In this document: positions 61,599 to 64,000 of the stretch, one piece after another
How positions within the stretch are numbered: position 1 is the first letter of the stretch
How the letters are laid out: every line of letters begins with the position of its first letter
Assembly (NCBI GenBank): GCA_947085505.1
Contig: CAMTWI010000004.1
Coordinates: 193,800-257,799, forward strand
Direction of reading: 5' to 3'
DNA length: 64,000 nucleotides
Origin: an uncultured bacterium
GTDB taxonomy: Bacteria; Patescibacteriota; Minisyncoccia; Phycocordibacterales; Phycocordibacteraceae
Program-made: the position numbers and the translations under genes
The notes under the pieces: model-generated
What the model was told of the DNA's origin: nothing
The model's database searches: none
What the model saw: the letters and a program-made list of their open reading frames with translations, nothing else

Positions 61599-62882
61599 CT
61601 AGTAACTCTTCAACCTCCTACTTTTCTCATGCGTCCTAATCTTCTCAAGCGCCTTCGCCTCAATCTGGCGGATACGCTCACGCGTAACCCCAAACTCCTT
61701 CCCTACTTCCTCAAGCGTGTGGTACACACCGTCGAGGAGTCCATGGCGCATCTCAAGAATCTTGCGCTCCTTTGGACTCAAGTCCTCAAGAATATCCCGA
61801 ACCTGCTCCCCAAGAATACGCTCTGAAGACTCCTGGATAGGAGACGGAATCTTGTCGTCCGCGATGAAGTCGCCAAGAGTAGACCGATCGTCATCATCAG
61901 ACCCGATAGGATTCTCAAGGGAAAGCGTATCCTGGTTGATCTTCTCAATCTGGTAGATCTTCTCAACCTCAACACCCATCTCAATAGCAACCTCCTCTGG
62001 CTGCGGATCGCGGCCAAGAACCTGAGCCAAGCGGCGAGATACCTGCTTGTACTTCGCGATAGTCTCAACCATGTGCACCGGAATGCGGATGGTACGTGAC
62101 TGGTCTGCGAGTGCACGCGTAATAGCCTGGCGAATCCACCAGGTCGCATAGGTCGAGAACTTGAATCCCTTGCTCCAGTCGAACTTGTCTACCGCCTTGA
62201 AGAGACCGAGGTTTCCTTCCTGGATAAGGTCGAGGAGGGTCAAGTCAGGAGAGCGTCCTACATACTTCTTTGCAATAGACACCACAAGGCGAAGGTTGGA
62301 GCGGGCAAGAATGTTCCTGGCCTCGTCGTCTCCCTTCTCAATGCGCTGTGCGAGCTCGCGCTCTTCTGAAGCCGTAAGGAGTGGGTACTGGCCGATCTCG
62401 CGAAGATAGATCTGGATAGAGTCGTACGCACCCGAGTCACGGCTCTTAATGTTTCGCGTTGCGAGATACTGGTCAGTATCGTCTGCGAGCATACCGCCCT
62501 CGAGAATATCGATACCTGCGGTTGTGAACTTCTCGTAGAGCTCGTCGAGGAACATGATGTCGTCCTCAACATGGGGGAATTCCTTAAGAATCTCTGAGTA
62601 TGTGATGTACCCACGCTCCTTGCCCTTCTTGATGAGGAGGTCTGCCTTGTCTACCTTCTGGGCAGCAGCCTTCGCTTTCGCTCCTGTTGCAGCAACACGA
62701 ACAATGTTCTTAAGCTGTGCCTTCTTCGCTGGCTTCTTTGCAGCTACTTTCTTCACTACTTTCTTCGGTGCTGCTTTCTTCACTGCCTTCTTGGGTGCAG
62801 CCTTCTTTACCGCTTTCTTTGGAGCGGCCTTCTTTGCGACTTTCTTAGCAGCCTTCTTAACCGGCTTCTTGGTTGTAGCCAT
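61599..62882 (-). CDS. rpoD: primary sigma factor RpoD/SigA with Lys/Ala/Pro-rich N-terminal extension
   Basis: Regions 1.2-4 are present ([51 protein letters not shown]). The N-terminal ~75 aa are AKK-rich. Confidence 0.9.
   Translation of the reverse strand: MATTKKPVKKAAKKVAKKAAPKKAVKKAAPKKAVKKAAPKKVVKKVAAKKPAKKAQLKNIVRVAATGAKAKAAAQKVDKADLLIKKGKERGYITYSEILKEFPHVEDDIMFLDELYEKFTTAGIDILEGGMLADDTDQYLATRNIKSRDSGAYDSIQIYLREIGQYPLLTASEERELAQRIEKGDDEARNILARSNLRLVVSIAKKYVGRSPDLTLLDLIQEGNLGLFKAVDKFDWSKGFKFSTYATWWIRQAITRALADQSRTIRIPVHMVETIAKYKQVSRRLAQVLGRDPQPEEVAIEMGVEVEKIYQIEKINQDTLSLENPIGSDDDDRSTLGDFIADDKIPSPIQESSERILGEQVRDILEDLSPKERKILEMRHGLLDGVYHTLEEVGKEFGVTRERIRQIEAKALEKIRTHEKSRRLKSY
62754..62834 (-). 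repeat. three tandem 27-nt coding repeats (KKAAPKKAV x3) inside rpoD
   Basis: aa 17-43 read [27 protein letters not shown]. Confidence 0.85.
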
Positions 62883-62912
62883 AGGGGTATGTACGAACTG
62901 GTAATGAGAAAA

Positions 62913-64000
62913 CTATGAAAATGAGGAGAGGAGTCGTGCCAGTTCCTGGCATTCTTTTCCTGCCTCTTTGATGGTTGCTTCGTCCTTAGACGCCTCAGCA
63001 ACGCGTAGACGAGCGGTTGCAGCCTGGAGCCGCTCCGCTAAAAGTGCTTTCTCGAACGCGTGAATGAGATCGTCCGCGTCTGTTTCTCCGGGGGCCTCGC
63101 CAAAGGCTATTCCTGCCTCGAAGATCATGTCTTCGGGAGGGGGCTCATCCGGGAACGGTACGCCGATAATGCGATTATACTCACTTTCAAGCCGTTTCGC
63201 AATGGCGGTATCAGGGTACGATGCCGCTGCAGCCCGCATTTTAAGGGCGTGGCGGTCGCTTGCCCGCTCAACAACCGAAGGTCGCGGAATAGAGATAGTC
63301 ATACGTGCTGTACCTGGCGTAGCAGACACGTCCTGTGGAAGCCGCAGAAGTCCTTCCCGTATCGCTTCAGGGGTCGATCCAAGAGAGCGAGCAGCAACTC
63401 CAACGAAATGCTCCCGCTCCATAGGACTCTGAATCGCGGCAATGAGCGGCAAAACCGTCTTCTCAACAAGAATAACCAAACGATGCTGGTCTCGCTCGCT
63501 TTCGGTTAATACCGAGAGGAAAAACTCAACGATAGGCTGCGCATCCTTAATGCGGCCTGTAAGGTCCTTCGAATCAGAGACCGCGAGATCTGCCGGATCC
63601 TTCCCGCTCGGCAACTTCACGGCCTTCACCCGCATACCGCTTTTAAGCGCAACAATCGCATTCTTCATAGAAGCATTGAGTCCTGCCCTATCCGAATCAA
63701 GTGCGAGCATGAGGTTGTCCGCATAGCGCTTTATTAAGGAAAGGTGCTGCGTAGTAAGGGCTGTGCCCGAGAGCGCAATCGTGTTCGTAAAGCCAATTTG
63801 ATGCAGCATCAAAAGATCCATCTGCCCTTCAACCAAAAGCGCAAAGCCACGCTGCCGTATCGCGTCCTTCGCCTTATCCATACCAAAGAGAATCTCTGAC
63901 TTCTTGTAGAGATCAGTCTCGGGAGAGTTCAGGTACTTCGCCTGATCGTTTGGGTCTAACGCGCGACCCGTAAACGCAACCGTGCGTCCAGCAGCGTCCC
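62913..64000 (-). CDS. dnaG: DNA primase DnaG, C-terminal two-thirds (continues beyond the window)
   Basis: TOPRIM motif LLVEGQMDLL...LDSDRAG. The reading frame stays open upstream of the ORF-track ATG to nt 64000. Upstream of rpoD, as in the classic operon. Confidence 0.8.
   Translation of the reverse strand, partial: DAAGRTVAFTGRALDPNDQAKYLNSPETDLYKKSEILFGMDKAKDAIRQRGFALLVEGQMDLLMLHQIGFTNTIALSGTALTTQHLSLIKRYADNLMLALDSDRAGLNASMKNAIVALKSGMRVKAVKLPSGKDPADLAVSDSKDLTGRIKDAQPIVEFFLSVLTESERDQHRLVILVEKTVLPLIAAIQSPMEREHFVGVAARSLGSTPEAIREGLLRLPQDVSATPGTARMTISIPRPSVVERASDRHALKMRAAAASYPDTAIAKRLESEYNRIIGVPFPDEPPPEDMIFEAGIAFGEAPGETDADDLIHAFEKALLAERLQAATARLRVAEASKDEATIKEAGKECQELARLLSSFS

Noticed and set aside
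62700-62882. Repetitive DNA in front of dnaG as a CRISPR-like or intergenic repeat array
   Set aside because: The repeats are in-frame coding repeats (KKAAPKKAV) within the rpoD N-terminus. There are no spacers and no cas genes anywhere in the window.
1-64000. Mobile elements (IS, transposase, integrase), prophage, rRNA or CRISPR
   Set aside because: No DDE/tyrosine/serine recombinase motifs, terminal inverted repeats, cas genes or rRNA-like sequence were seen on either strand. Compositional islands are reported as findings rather than called mobile elements.

Overview
This is a 64-kb chromosomal window that reads cleanly with the standard bacterial code, with TGA used as a stop. It is gene-dense, with short intergenic hairpin terminators.

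The core content is housekeeping:
- A minus-strand division and cell-wall block: a truncated dcw cluster (mraZ-rsmH-ftsL-like-ftsI-murF), greA, mrdA-mreD-mreC-mreB, proS, a YdeN-like hydrolase, rseP, frr and holB.
- A second mreB paralog placed divergently to murA.
- def-fmt, hpf, a glutaredoxin, tRNA-Asn and tRNA-Glu.
- Class Ia ribonucleotide reductase nrdAB.
- An OmpR/HK two-component pair, an ABC-2 exporter, gtrA, prmC, hisS, an AddA/RecB-like helicase-nuclease, rpoD and the 3' part of dnaG.

Gene style suggests a Patescibacteria/CPR (Parcubacteria-like) genome. The cues are a Lys/Ala-rich RpoD N-terminus, many tiny membrane proteins, an RRM protein and a PG-binding surface giant. This placement is inference only.

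Accessory or unusual content:
1. A cell-envelope remodelling cluster: SET-domain protein, MASE1-like hybrid HK, VanY, GH18 and a 3D-domain protein. There is also a roughly 990-aa beta-helix/Ig/PG-binding surface protein interrupted at a T9 tract.
2. An AOX/PTOX-like di-iron membrane protein close to an FAD-linked oxidase.
3. Two GC-rich segments that look compositionally foreign: a 70-aa ORF at 7820-8032 and an outer-membrane-beta-barrel-like ORF at 17301-17963. Both end at hairpins with the identical stem GGGCCCCG/CGGGGCCC.
4. An AT-rich Type IIG/ISP-like restriction-modification fusion next to a DUF45/M48 peptidase.
5. A repeated direct-repeat motif (G/C)TTCA(T/C)-N5-(G/C)TTCA(T/C) at three promoters. 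It links the two-component system to itself, to a terminator-bounded non-coding unit and to the hybrid-HK/VanY operon.
6. Several promoter-plus-terminator-bounded candidate ncRNAs of unknown class.
7. A striking recurrent architecture in which a -10 box (often TGn-extended) ends 5-7 nt before the start codon. This implies leaderless mRNAs for many operon-first genes.

I found no CRISPR array, transposase, integrase or rRNA. All functional calls rest on motif recognition by eye, because no database search could be run.
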